Below are positions 23,585-38,500 of a DNA stretch of 64,000 bases, piece by piece; within the stretch, counting starts at the first letter, position 1, and each line of letters begins with the position of its first letter. The stretch covers positions 128,001-192,000 of the forward strand of contig CAVZSQ010000013.1 of assembly GCA_963777955.1 (NCBI GenBank), written 5' to 3'. Both the position numbers and the translations under genes were made by a program. The notes beneath the pieces are model-generated. The model was not told the DNA's origin. It saw only the letters and a program-made list of their open reading frames with translations, and did not search any database. This DNA comes from Calditrichia bacterium. Lineage in GTDB: Bacteria > Calditrichota > Calditrichia > JAJRVZ01.

Positions 23585-26500
23585 TTACTTCACCAGCATG
23601 GTCTTGATAACCTTGTTAAATTGCTTGCCGCTGGGAATACCCCTGGCGTTGAAGCGGAAGATATACATACCACTGGCTACATTCGAGCCGGTATTATTTC
23701 TGCCGTTCCACTGCAGTTTGTAATAACCGGCCGGTTGTTTTACAGAACCAAAGGAAAATACTTCCTGGCCCAGGATATTATAGACAACCAGACCGATATC
23801 AGCTGCTTCAGGCAATTCATATTGGACCGTAGTCGAGATATTAAAAGGATTCGGATAATTCTGGCTTAAACTGTATTTGGCTGGCGCCAGAACTTCCACT
23901 GTCTACCTTATCGGCGAAATGAACTCCACCGGTATAATCCACGCTGAGCAACCGGTAATAATACTTAATACCGACCTGTACACCTTCATCAATGAAAGAG
24001 TATGCGGTCTCTACGGAACTGTTGCCCTGGCCATCCAGCCTGCCGATTTCAGTGTAGTCCACTTCTGCTGTCTCGGCACGTTCAATCATGAAATACAAAT
24101 TACCAAGTTCACTGGCGGTGGTCCAGTGCAGCTCGACCTTACCGCGGTTTGTTTCGGCGCTGAAGGCTATTAATTGTACAGGCAGACTTTGATCATCTTC
24201 AGCATCACTGAGTAACAGTGTATCGACTACTCCGCGGCTGAAAGTTAAACCACTGACCACGAATTCATTGCTGGTAGTATTGTGCGAAGTGGGATCAATC
24301 GGACCCACCCAGCTGGTTCCGCTGCGGCGCCATAAGTTAAGATTTGCTTCGGTCATGACACCTAATTCCTGATCGGTATAATAAATAGTAAGATCGGTAG
24401 TAGCCGTTCCGTTACCCGCCGGAAATACTATATAATGGCGGGCCGATGAACGCGAGGCTGATGGAATGACCACGTCACGCAATTCTACGGTAACCTGACC
24501 GAATTGTCCGGCTGCCGATGGATCCAGGATCAAGTCATTGCCAAAAGTCACTGCGCCGCTGCCCGATACATCCGATACCTGAATGAAAGTCCAGCGCAAA
24601 TGGTTGCCGGGATCATTTTCGAAGCGGGCACTGGATAAACCACCCAGGTAGTCGGTAAACATCAGACTACCACTGCCCGAGTAATCGACATTATAAGTCG
24701 GTCCGCTGTAAAATTGCGTACCATCGATAGTCAGAGCCTGAGTATTTGCTATTTGCAGGTAAGCTGTTCCGATACCATTCTGGAAAATAGTGTTGGCAAA
24801 ATTATCCGTGGCATTGATGGTCGCACCGTCAGGAATAATGATACCTGCAGCACCAGTGGCACCTAAATAATTAAAGCGGGCATAGTTTGCTGCAATTGTA
24901 CCTCCGCTTTGCAATATTAGCTGATAATTGCCGCTGGTCAGTCTGGTAATTTCAGCCAGGCTTGAGGCACCGCTGCCGATGACCGCCAGTGTTCCACCGG
25001 AGGAAACCGTAATATCGGTTCCGTCATACATCTGCACCACACCGCCGGCATCCACTTCCATGCGTCCACTGACCTGCACGGCATCGCTACCGGCATCACC
25101 AAATGTTAATGTACGGTTAGCCACATCGAACGTACCTGCCGTAACAGTCAGGTTCCCATTAATATCCAGGTTGGCAGCCAGAGCATAACTCACACCACTG
25201 GCGGCATTGATCGTAACACTATTAAAACTCGAAACATTGTTATTGATAGTATAGGTTCCTGCTGAGCCGTCAAAGGTGACCAGAGCTGCACCGGCAGTAA
25301 AGGTACCGCTGTTAGCCCAGTTGCCGCCCACTGTTATATTCTGACCGTTGGCATTAAGCGTGGCATTCACATTGATGGTAAGATTATTATTGACATCCAT
25401 GCTGGTGGTGCTCAAACTTACCGTGTTAGTTGTCGCTATCACCAGATTATAGAAAGCATTGGCAGCACCGGCATTCACACTCTGTGCTGCGATGCCATCT
25501 AACGTAGTGGTACCATTGCGGGCATTGAAAGTCCCCAGGTTGACCCAGTTGCCAGCGACATTCATACTATAGTTGCTGGCACCAACATCGAATGTCCCGC
25601 TGGAATCAATGAAACTACCATTGATATCGATATTGCCAACCAGGATTGCCGAGCCTGCAGATTTATTCAGCAGCAGGTTATAGAATCGTTTACCGACCAC
25701 TGTACCGCCGGTGGTAATTGTCTGGCTACCGCTTCCGCTAAATGCAACAGTTGAACTATTGGCATTGAATACCCCGTTGGTATTGGTAAAGTTAACGCCG
25801 ACCCGCAGCATGCCCGCATTGGTAATGGTCAGAGTTCCGGAATTGGTTATCGATCCGCCCAAACTGAGGGTATCCCCATCCGAGATGGTTAAAAAGCCAT
25901 TGGTGTTGATGGTCACATTTCTGGCCACCTGTCGGTTGCGAACCACCGGATCCCGCGAAACATCGGGAATAATAGCATCGTCGCTGGCCGTTGGCACACC
26001 CAGGGTCCAGTTTCCTGCCGTGGCCCAGTTATCGCTGACTGCACCGGTCCACCTGCTGACAATAACCAGGTTGGTCCAATTAACTATATTACCCGGATCG
26101 TATTCATACAATAGGTCCGGCAAATTCTCCATAAGCCTGATCGAAGGTAAAACCGTCATCCGTATTGGTCTTATAAACATTGTATGGAGTGGTACCACCA
26201 GGATTGGTCAGGAAACCTGTGTTGGTAACTGTAAATGTATTAGTACCAGCCAGATCCGCCATCTGCAGTAAAATGCCGCTGGCAGTTCCATTATCAAAGG
26301 TAGTGTTACTGAAGTTATCAGTCGCATCCAGAGTTGCACCTGATTGCAGATTGATACCCGCGCTATTCATATATTCAAATGCAGCGTAATTAGCATGAAT
26401 CGTAGCACCTGAACTGACCGTGAATCCATAGCGATCGCTGGCACCTGTACCGCTGAAGCGGGTTACGGTGGCCAGGCTGCCTGATGTACCGACAATCATT

Positions 26501-29500
26501 ATCGTTCCACCGCTATTTACGGTTAATGCGGAGCCGGAGTTACTGCCGCTGAACATCCTTAAATTGGCATTATCATCGACGTTCAAAGTTCCGCTTACTG
26601 AGATCGCATCGGTTACCGCATCGCCAAATTGCAGCGCATTACCATTCAGATCCAGTATACCGGCAGTGACGGTCAGGTTACCATTGACTACATTGGTACC
26701 ACCTGCCAACTGATAGGTAACTCCCGCTGCATTAATTGTCACCAGACCCAGACTGGAGTTTCCATCATTGATCGTATAGGTACCGCTGGAACCGTCAAAG
26801 GTCAAAGTACCGGTACTGGGAGTAAAAGTACCGCTGTTGATAAAACTGCCCGCCACATTGATATTGTTGGTATTGGCATTAACTGTTCCGCTGCTGATAG
26901 TCAGATTTCCGTTTACTTCCAGAGCGTTGCCTGCAGTCATTAGCAGGGTACCTGCTGTTTTATTAACCGTAAAATTATTGAACGCCTTATTGACACCGGT
27001 GCCGCCCGATACCAAAACTTGAGTACCAGTACCGTCAAAGGATATGGTACTGCTACCGGCAGTCAGAATACCAGCAGAGTTAGTCCAATTACCGGCGAAG
27101 GTATGAGTATAACTGCCGGCGCTGAATGTCACACCACTGTTAATTGTGAAGTTATTGTTCACATCGATAGCAGCAGTGGCAGTCTTGGTTCCGCTACCGG
27201 CCAGAACCAGAGCGTAGAAACCACCGCTTAATGATTGAGCAGCGCCATCCAGTGTGACCGTACTGGAACCGGAGAAAGTGCCGCTGTTAATCCAATTACC
27301 GGCTGCTGTGATAGTGCTGGCACCTGTAGACCAGGTACCGGCAATAGTGACATCTCCTTCAACATTAACGCGTGAAAGTTCCGGTACTCAGCGTTCCGGC
27401 AGTGATTGTTAAAGCACCGCCGATATTGGGATTGCCGGCAGTGACAGTTGCTATTCCTGCGGATTTATTGATAGTTAAATTATAGAATGATCCGGCCAGC
27501 GCATCAACATCCAGGTTCTGGGCTGCAGCTCCATCAATGGTCACCGTACCATTGCGGGCTGTAAACGAACCATCGTTATCCCAATCGCCGCCCACATTTA
27601 CCGTATAGTTAGAAGCAGTCACATCAAGGGCTGCACCATTTTGTATGACCAGAGTATTGTTGACATCCAGGTTACCGGCCAGGATTGTTGCTGCCTGTAC
27701 CGTTAAATTATAGAATCCTTTGCCCGTCCCGGCACCGCCCGTGGTCAGAGTTCCATTGCCACTCAACTGTACTGTACCGTTCCGGGGAGTAAGAGTGCCA
27801 TTATTAGTCCAATTACGTGCTAAAATAATCGTGAAGTTGGAGGTACCTATATCCAGTGTACCACTCTGGATGGTCAGATCATGGTTTACACTCAGGGCAG
27901 AGGATAAAATAGCCGACCCGGTGGATTTATTGATCACCAGATCATAAAGAGGTTTACCCGAAGCCGAACCACCCGCACTCACACTCTGATCAATGGTTCC
28001 GTCCAGGATAACTGTTGAAGTATTAGGTGTCAGCAGACCGGCATTGATATAATCTCCACCGACACGCAATACCGACGTGGCACCCATGACCATATAACCG
28101 CTGTTATTGACACTTCTGCGCATACGCAGAGTATCAGTGGCACTGACAGTCAAAGTAACCCCGCTTTCAATGGTAACGCCGCGGGCCAAACGGGTGTTTG
28201 TAACAACAGGATACGGTGTGCTGCCATTGGGGATATAAGATTCCTGGGTTGAATCGGGAGCAACACCACCGACCCAGTTGCTGCCGGTTCCCCAGTTAGT
28301 CGTTCCGCCACCGGCCCAGACAATTGTCACGATTATATTCGTCCAGGTAATGGTATTTTCCACTCCGGGTTCATTATCATAGGTTTCACCGGCAAACGGT
28401 CCAAAAGCTTCATCAAAATTCAGAATTTCAGTCGCTCCGGCTGTGGTACGATCAACATTATATGGAGTGGTTCCTCCCGGATTGCGTAAAAATCCGGTGG
28501 TACTTATTGTATAGGTCGCACTGCCGCTTAAATCTCCAACGGCAATATATCGGCCGCTGGCAGCACCATTGTCAAAATTTGTATTGTTGAAATTATAAGT
28601 CGCATCTAAGATCGCACCATCATTTAAGACGATGCCGCTCGTGTTCATATATTCGAACAGGGCATAACTGGAAGCCATGGTACCGCCGGAAAACACCCTG
28701 AATCCGTAGCGATCACTGGCACCGGTTCCGTTATAGCGGGTAACCGTGCCGCGGCTTCCGGCCGATCCTACTATCCGGGCAGTTCCACCGCTGGTGACTG
28801 ATACCCGTGAACCCGAGCCTGAACTGGTGAATAAGCGCAAATAAGCACCGGCATCCACTTCCAGGGTACCGGCTACTCCGATCGTATCGGTATTACTGTC
28901 ACCAAAATTCAAAGTACGGCTGTTCAAGTCCAGCGTTCCGGAAGTGATCATTAAATTTGCATTAATGGTGAGATTGTTTGTCAACTGATATATTCTTCCC
29001 GGCGCATTCACCGTGACCAGACCGAATGCCGAAGACCCGGCATCAATATTAAAGGGGCCGACGGTGCTGGCATCAAAAGTAAGTGTACCGGAACTGGCCT
29101 GGAAAGAACCCGCATTGCTGAAATTACCGGCTACATACATATCATTTGTATTTGCATTCAGAGTACCGCTGCTGATGGTCAGGTTTCCGTTGAGTTCCAG
29201 AGCATTACCGGCGGCCAGGATGACCATCCCGGAAGATTTGCTGATCGTTACATTATTAAATTGCCGCGTCGATCCGATTCCGCCCGAAGTTACAGTCTGT
29301 GTCGTGCCGCTGCCGTCGAAAGTGAAAGTACTGCTGCTGGCATTCAACGATCCGCTGTTCGTAAAATTACCGGCCAGTGTATGGGTAAAACTTTGTAAAT
29401 TATAAGTCACACCGCCGTTGACGGTCAGGTAGCCGTTGACATCGACAACGCCACTCGCTGTTTTGGATCCGCTGCCAGCCAGAGTCAGGTTATTAAAACT

Positions 29501-32500
29501 GCCGGCCAGAGATTGGGTGGTACCATCCAAAGTCACTATACCGGAACTGGTAAATGTTCCGCTCGATGACCAGTCACCGGCAACTGTGATGGTATTCCCG
29601 CCAGTGGTTAATGTACCCGTGTTGGTTACACTGCCATTGATGTCAGCATTCTGGTTTTGCAGGCTGAATGTACCGGACTGTACATTTAAATTATTACCGA
29701 CGGTGAGCGGACCTTCACTTAAAGTCAGAGTTCCGGCGGATTTATTAACTGTGAGATTATAAAAGGCCGCTACACCGGAAACAGCATCCATGGTTTGCGC
29801 ACCGCTACCATCAAATATAACCGTTCCATTACGGGAATAAAAGGTCCCGTCATTATCCCAGAGACCCCCCAGGTAGATTGAATAATTGCTGGTACTGACA
29901 TCGAACAGGGTACCGGTTTCAATGGTCAGATTATTATTTATATCAATGTCTCCGGCCAGGATGACATTTGCTGCCGGTGTACCGTACATCCGGATATTAT
30001 AGAAACCTTTGCCGTATCCTGTTCCACCGGAGGTCATTACCGTGTAGTTTTCAAACAGGATAGTCCCCTGTCGCGCGATGAATGTTCCGGCATTATTCCA
30101 GTTTCCACCGATACTCAGTTGATAATTATTTACTGTAACATCCAGCGTACCCTGGGTCAGATCAAAATTATTGGTTATTTTAACTGCCCCGCTTAAAAAT
30201 ACGGTTCCGTTAGTTTTATTAATCTGAACATTGTAAAAAGATTTGGATGGTGCCGTGCCGCCGCTGGTAATGGTCTGATCTTCCGCGCCATTAAATACAA
30301 AGGTCGATGCATTCGTAGTCAGCGATCCTGTATTTTCATAATTTCCGGCTACCATCATAAATGAATTATTCTGCAATAACAAGATACCGGCGCTGGACAG
30401 ACTGCCGGTCAGCACCAGGGTATCCGCAGATGAAATGGTAACAAATCCTCCGGTGGCGATGGTCATGGTTTTGGCATATTGCGTATTACTGACTATAGGA
30501 TCGTTGGTTACATTGGGAATATATACATCGTCATCGGAGGTAGGCAGAACACTTCCCTGCCAGTTACCGGCATTGGACCACACACTGTTCACGGCGCCGG
30601 TCCAGGCGATCGCCACAGTTGTATTAGTCCAGGAAATTAAATTACTACCCGGTTCGGCCGGATCCAGATCGTAACTTTCCCCGGCAAATACACCATAGGC
30701 AGCATCAAATTAGAGCGTATCAGAGGAATTGCTTTTTTCGACATTATAACTGGCTCCAGCGGGAGCACTTATAAATCCGACATTGTTTATATTGAAAAAT
30801 TGATTAGTACCGTGAAATATCACCAATGTACAGATAGCGCCCATCGGTACGGCCGTTATCGAACTGGGTATCACTGAAATTATTGGTTGTATTCAGGACA
30901 GCACCATCATTCAAATGAATACCTGCCCCGTTCATATATTCAAATTTGGCATAGCGTGCTTCGATGGTAGCGCCGGAATTTACAGTAAAGGTATAGCGAT
31001 CGTTACTCTGCGTCCCATTGAAGCGGGTTACATTGGCCAGATTTCCGGAAATACCCACAACCCGTATTGAACCGCCGCTGTTCACCGAAACGACCGACCC
31101 GGTATCCGTAGTGGTAAATATCCGCAGCACTGCTCCTTCATCCACATCCATCGTTCCGGACACTTTTATCGAGTCGTTGCTGTTGTCACCAAATTCCAGG
31201 ATCTGTCCGCTCAAATCGAATGTACCGGCCTGAATGGTCAGATCGCCATTGATATCAGTCTGTTCCGTTAATTGATAAATCACCATGGGTGCATTTATCT
31301 TGACCAGGGCAAAACCTGAACTACCATCGGCGATGGTCGGAGTGCCTGATACAGCATCGAAAATAACTTCGCCGATTCCGGCGGTCCAGGTAATAGTACC
31401 GTTGTTACTCCAGTTTCCACCGACATAAATCTGGTTACCGTCAAAGGTCATGGTTCCTGCTTGCAGGGTAAAATTACCGTTTATCTCTATATTATTAGTG
31501 ACCGGTAATGAGACAGTACCGGCTGTTTTGTTAATACTGAAATTATTAAAAGTCTTTATTACTACCGATGCCGCCGGTGGTAACGGTCTGGGTAGAGGCG
31601 CTGCCGTCAAATACTATAGTACCGGTACCCGCATCGAATATTCCGTTGGTGTTATCCCAGTTGCCACCCAGGGTATGAGAATAACTGGCAGCATCAAAGG
31701 TGACGCTGCTATTGATGGTGATATTACCGTTAATATCCAGAATCCCGCCTGCCGTCTTGGTGCCGCTGCCGCCCATGATCACATTGTTGAACATGCCGCT
31801 AAGCGTTTGATCAGCACCATCAAAGGTCAAAGTGTTGGTACCGGTAAGTTGGCCCCCTGCACCAATCCAATCTCCGGCGGCGGCAATCGTACCGCTACCC
31901 GTCAGCGTACCCCCGGAAAGGGTGGTCGTTCCATCTATATTGACAGCATTGGCGGCAAAATCCAGAGTTCCTGCCGTCATGGTAAAAGCTCCGCTGATTT
32001 CCAGCGGCGAATTGGTCAAAGTTGCCGTACCGGCCGATTTATTGACTGTAAAATTATAGAACAAGCCATTGGTCGCCACGACATCCAGACTCTGACTCGC
32101 GCTGCCGTCAAGAGTAACCGTTCCATTTCTGGCAGTAAATGTACCATCATTATCCCAGGCTCCGCCTACCAGTACGCCGTAATTGGAAGTACTGACATCC
32201 AGAGTTGTCCCGCTTGAGATCACCAGATCATTTTGTACCCCCAGATCGGCAGCAAGTGTTTTAGAAGCTGAGTTTGCCAGAGTCAGATTATAGAACCGCC
32301 GGCCCGATCCGCTGCCGTCCGTGGACAAAGTACCGCCGGCAGATTCCAGGGTAACTGTGCCCTGTCGCGGTGTAAAATTACCCGTATTGGTCCAGTTTCC
32401 ATCCAGACTGATGGCAAAGTTGCTTGCTGAAGCATCAAAATCACCGGCGCTGATAGTCAGGTTCCCGTTCACCGCAATACTGGAAGCCAGAGTAGCCGTG

Positions 32501-35500
32501 CCGCCACTGGTTTTATTTATTGTTAAATGATAGAAATCTTTTGTTGCCCCCTGTCCATAAGCGTTTATACCCTGGTCCCCGCTGCCGTCGAAAATAATTT
32601 CAGATGTATTTTCATTAAGCGTTCCGGCATTGATATAATCTCCGGCTAAATTCAGGACAGCCGTACCGGTCAAAGTTAACGTTGCCCCGCTGCTCACCAG
32701 CATTGTTCCGCCCAGATCAAGAGTATCGGCCGTACTGATGGTTAAAGTTGCACCACTGGCGATGGTTACACTATGCGCTACCTGGGTATTGTAAACCGTT
32801 GGCATGTTGGGTGCCGTACCCGGTATATTCACATCTTCATTGGCCGTGGGAACCTGGTTACCCTGCCAGTTGCCGGGGGTAATCCAGTTAATACCGGTAA
32901 GACCGGTCCAGCTTCTTACTACAAAAGCGTTGGTCCAACTAACAACATTACCCGGATCGCTTTCATATGCTGCCCCGGCAAACACACCGGTGGCCTGATC
33001 AAAAATCAGTGAGTCACTGGTGGCAGTTTTATCTACGTTATAAGCACCACTGCCGGGATCGCTAAGGAAAGCAGCAGCGACAATTGTTATATTTTGATTG
33101 CTGCCGGAAATATCATCTATGTTCAGATATCTTCCACTTGCCGGACCGTTATCAAAGTTGACATTACTGAAATTATCTATGGGGTGCAGAATTGCGCCAT
33201 CGGCCAATTGAATACCATTCGTATCCATATATTCAAAAAGAGCATACTGGGCCTGAATGGTACCGCCGCTCTGAACCATGAACGAATAGCGGTCCGTAGT
33301 ACCGGTTCCATTGAAGCGGGTTATAGTGGCGTTACTGCCTGTAGCGCCGACCACAGCCAGTGTACCGCCCGAGAGTACAACTACATCCGCACCTGCAGGC
33401 TGAAGCGTTGGCGGTATACATCTGCACAGTGGCATTCTCATCAATTTCAAAGGTACCGCCGCTGATCTTGATTGAATCCGTATTGGCGTCTCCGAAGGTC
33501 AGGATATGGCTGTTCAAATTGAGGATACCGCTGATCACATTTAAGTCGTCGTTCACACCCAGATCGCTGGCAAACTGATAAGTCACGCCGCTGCCGGCAT
33601 TAATGGTCAGGAAATTAAAGACATTGGTACCTGCACCTGGCGTATTATTATTGATATTGTAAGGTCCACCGGAAGTCCCGTCAAAAGTAACCGCGGCACT
33701 GGCGCCGGGATAAAATCTGGCTGGTGAAGAGATAGTCCAGTTACCGGCAACATTAATTGCAATATTACTCAGATCATTGCGCAGATCACCGTTAAGCAGG
33801 GTGAAATCATTGGTTACTTTCAAAGCTCCGGTAAAGGTTATATTATTTGTGGCATCGACGCCGGTATTATTCATCACAAAATTTTCAAAAGGTTTACCTG
33901 TTCCTGTTCCACCGGTGGTGATATTCTGATCCACAGTTCCATCAAAAGTAATGCTCCCTCCGCTGCCCGCAGCATAACTGCCATTATTAATCCAGTTATG
34001 TCCGATGGTATGATTGTAACCATCACCGTCAAAAGTAACTCCTGTATTAATAGTTATGTCGTTGTTTATATCCAGGGAGCCACTGGCTGTTTTTGTTCCG
34101 GTACCGGCACAGGTGATATCATAAAAACCACCGGTAAGAGTCTGGTTTACACCGTCAAAAGTAACACCACCGGTAGTGGTGGTAAACGTACCGCTGTTTA
34201 ACCAATCCCCGCCGACCGTCATGGTCGTGGTACTTAAACGACTTAAAGTACCATTAGGGCTGATCACCACATTACCGGCGGCATCCAGCACATCGGTATC
34301 ACCAAAATTGAATATACCGCTGGTTACGTTAAAATTCCCATTGACCGCCACCGTACCGGCACCTTCGACACCTATTTGTCCGTTATTTAATTTATTGATA
34401 GTTAAATTGTAGAAAGCATTAATGCCCCCTTCGCCGGTTACATCCAGGTCGATACTTTCTGTTCCATTGAGTTCCACAGTACCAGTACCCGCAGTAAATG
34501 TACCATCATTATTTAAGTATCTGGCCAGATAGCTAGTATAAGAACTGGCATTCAGTGTGGCTCCGGCATTGAGCCGCAAGGCAAAGTTTACATCTATATC
34601 ACCGGTCAGGGTATAAGTACCGGATTGGATCCAAAGCCGCCAGAATTCTCGTCCCGAACCGCTGCTGCCGTTTATATTGCCGGATGTTCCGACAAAATAT
34701 ACTGTTTGTTCGCCAGGTATTAATGTACCGCCGGTATTGCTGTAACTGCCGTCAATATACATGTCATAACCAAGACTGGCCGATTGATCGAATCCTCCGG
34801 AGATTAGACTAAAATTCCCATGAATATCCATATTAGCCAGCAGGCGCACCATGGCACTCGGTTTATTAATTGTCAGGTTTTGCAGGTCTTTAAACGTGAG
34901 AGTCCGCGTCCCGGGATGAAATTGCTGATCTTCGCTGCCATTTAAAGTTATAGTGGATCCTGCAACAGCATCAAGCTCACCGTACTGATTATCATAATCA
35001 CCACTCACGTACAGGTTTGAACCCGCAGCCATGGTAATGCGTCCTGCTGAACCACTGGCGCCGAATCTCAAATCACCGGTAACATAAAGAGTTCCAGTGG
35101 CACTAATCGTTAAATTGGCACCTAAACCAAGTGTCAGATCAGCGCAGGTATCGGTAAGACTCACCACGGGATCATTGGCCACGTTGGGGATGTAAACATT
35201 TTCTGTAGCGGCTGGTACCTGGTCTCCCTGCCAGTTGGTGGGTGTATTCCAGGCAGTGCTGGTGACTCCGGTCCATGTTCTGAAAGGCATGGTATTCCGC
35301 CATACCACCATACCGCTGTCCAGCGGTAATGCTTCCGCCGGATCAAGATCATAACCTTCCCCGGCCCAGACACCGTAGGCGCCGTCGAAGAATAACGTAT
35401 CGCTGCCTGCATTGGTTTTATCGACATTATAAGGATTTGTTGCCCTGGGACGGTTCAGAAAACCGATATTGGAAATCGTATAATTCTGATTACCGCTTAA

Positions 35501-38500
35501 ATCACCAAAGCGCAGATAACGGGCGCTGCCGGCCGCCAGTCCGCTGGCCAGATCAAACTGGCAATTAGTAAAATTATTAACCGGATCCAGAATAGCACCT
35601 GTCTCCAGGTAAATACCATCGGTACCATCCATGTGCCTGAAGATAGCATCCCGGGCCTGCATCGTACCGCCCGATTTGACATACATGCGCCATTTGCGTA
35701 CGGCACTCTCCCCTTCCCCGATCCTGGTGACGAGCGCTTCATTCCCGTCCGAACCGACTACCTGCAGATGTACCGCCGTTGCGCACCACGACCAGGTCAC
35801 CCTGGCTCAAGGCCTGCGGCCCGTCTATTTTTAAAATGGAATTAGGTCCGACAATAAAGGTTCCATCCACGACCAGTGAATCAAAATCGACAGTTTCGGG
35901 TGTACCATAGTTTAAAGTCTGTGAATTCAGGTCAAGGGTACCGGACAATAAATAAATATCGCCGTCAATATTTGTTTCGGTATCGCTGTTATTTTCGATA
36001 TTATAAACTACACTCGAACCGGCATTGATGGTCATGTCCACAAATTGATTGGCCTGGTTTCCATCATCGATTACGTAGGGTCCGCCGGTCTGAGCGTCAA
36101 AGGTAACCATTCCGGTTCCCGGCGTCATCGATCCGTTGGCGGCAATGATCATGCTGCCGCCGACATTAAGGTTCCGGTTATTCAGATTAAATGCACCCTG
36201 GGTGATATAGAAATGGTGATTGATATCCAGATTAACCCCGGCAGCAACCGTAACGGTATTCGCTGCGGCCCCCTTATTCAGGGTGACATTATAAAATGAA
36301 CTGCTGCCATTGTTGATGGTAGCCGCAGTGGTACCATCAAAGGTAACTGTACCACCGGTACCCGGATTGAAAGTACCGGAGTTAGTCCAACTGACTGCAA
36401 CATTGATATCCTGTTCATTGGCTACCAGGGTTGCACCTGCACCAATGGTAAGAGTCTGATTTACATCAAGAGAAGTAATCAAAGTATATGTGGCTCCGCC
36501 GGTAAAAGAAACAGTTTCCAATACATTAGTTGTAGGTTCGGAAACACTGTATGAACCGGAGGCAGCATCGAAAATAAGTTGCGAACCGGTAGTGGCCGAT
36601 AATACGCCGGAATTAGTCCAGCCGCCGGCGATATTTACTGTATTGCCGGCAATATTAAGCGTACCGGCACTGCCGATAGTGACACCGCCGCCACCAACAT
36701 CGAGATTTTCACCGCTCAGTACAAAACCACCGCTGTTGACATTTATACTATTGGTAACATTGATTAAACTGGCGGTAGCATTAATTACATTGCCGCTGGC
36801 TTTGTTCACGGCCAGGTTATAGAAATTATTCGGTGTGAAATCGACGGTCTGGTCGGTGGTTCCGTTAAATGTAACCGTACCCTGCTGTGGTGTGAAGGTT
36901 CCATCATTTGTCCAGTTACCGGCAACCTGAATATTATAATTACTCGTACTGGCATCCAGCGTGGTTCCCGCATTTTGTATGGTCAGTGCATTATCAACTT
37001 TCAGATCACTGCCCAGAGTATGTGTTGTCCCGGCAAAAACGACATCGTAAAACGACCGCCCTGCAGCGGTACCACCGCCCGTAATCGTACCGGTACCGTC
37101 GAAAGTGACCGTGTTACCCTGTGGGGTATACGTTCCTGAATTGGACCAGTTATTGGCTACCGTGATGGCATTGGTACTGGCACCGGCATTTAAAGTACCC
37201 GCAGTGATGGTCAATGTATTATTGACATCCAGATTGCCGGAGAGAGTTGCTGTTCCACTTGGTTTATTAACTGTGAAATTATAGAACTGTTTCCCGGCAG
37301 CGGTACCACCTGTAGTAATGGTCTGCGTCAAGGTACTGTCAAAAGTTATGGTCGAGGAATTAACGGTCAGAGTACCGTTGGTATTATTAAAATTCCCACC
37401 CACCTGCAGATTACTGGTACCGCTCAGAATAAGAGTACCGTCATTTGTAAAATTTTCTTTGATATCAAGAGTCAGACCGGTATTGATGAGTAACTGATGC
37501 ACCGCTTTCAATGGTGACATCCCGTACAGCAACACTATTGCTTATTACCGGTAAGTTGCTTACTGCCGGAATAACGGTTAGATAGGTTTCATTCGGGACA
37601 GTACAGCGGATTCCAGTTGTCTGCCAGTCTCCCAGTCAGTATCCACAGTTCCGGTCCAGGTGAGGGTGGCCCTGGTACCTACCCATTCAACCAAGATTAT
37701 CACCGGTACCGCCGTCAAAATCTTCACCGGCAAATGAACCGTCGGCTCCGATAAATCGAAGGTATCATTGGTTGCCGCCTATTTTAAATACATTGGAACC
37801 AGCCTAATCCTCCTGATACCAACACATCGGCAAAGGTTACCGAATCGATTTGAAAGGCCTGCGGACCACCGCTTATATTCGCTACGGTAATATATCGCCT
37901 GCCGGAAAAGTACCGTTACTAAAACCGGGAGAAATCGAAATTATCGGTGGCATGCAGGGTCGCTCCGGCTATCAGATTAACACCGGCGGTATTACCATAA
38001 CTGAAATCACCGTATTTAGCCCGTATAGTACCGGCCACATTAAATACATATGTTCCTGAACCTCCCTGTCTGGTAATGGCAGCCCGGTTGGTACGGCTGC
38101 TGCCCAGAATTTCGATAGTGCCTCCCGATAAGACATCGATGATACCCCCCGTAGCGGCAGCATACATATTCAGGGTCGCTCCGGCGTTGATCCGGAAAGT
38201 CCCACCCGATCTGACGGTCAGCGAATCGGTGGCTGCATCACCAAGGGTCAGGGTTGCCGGACTGCTGAATTCGGCCGTTCCATTCTGAACAACAAAATCT
38301 TCGGTCAGCACGACCGGCCGTTCGAAGGTTACTGTTCCCGAACTTTTATTGACAACAATATCGACCACCGTTTCACCGGTTGTGTTCGAGCCGCCCCAGG
38401 TTTGTGACCCGCTGCCGTTAAGGAATATTTTAGAACTGGTGCCCGGCGTAATGGCATGAGTATCGGTATCGTTTATATTGACCTGCCCGTCAAATTCAAC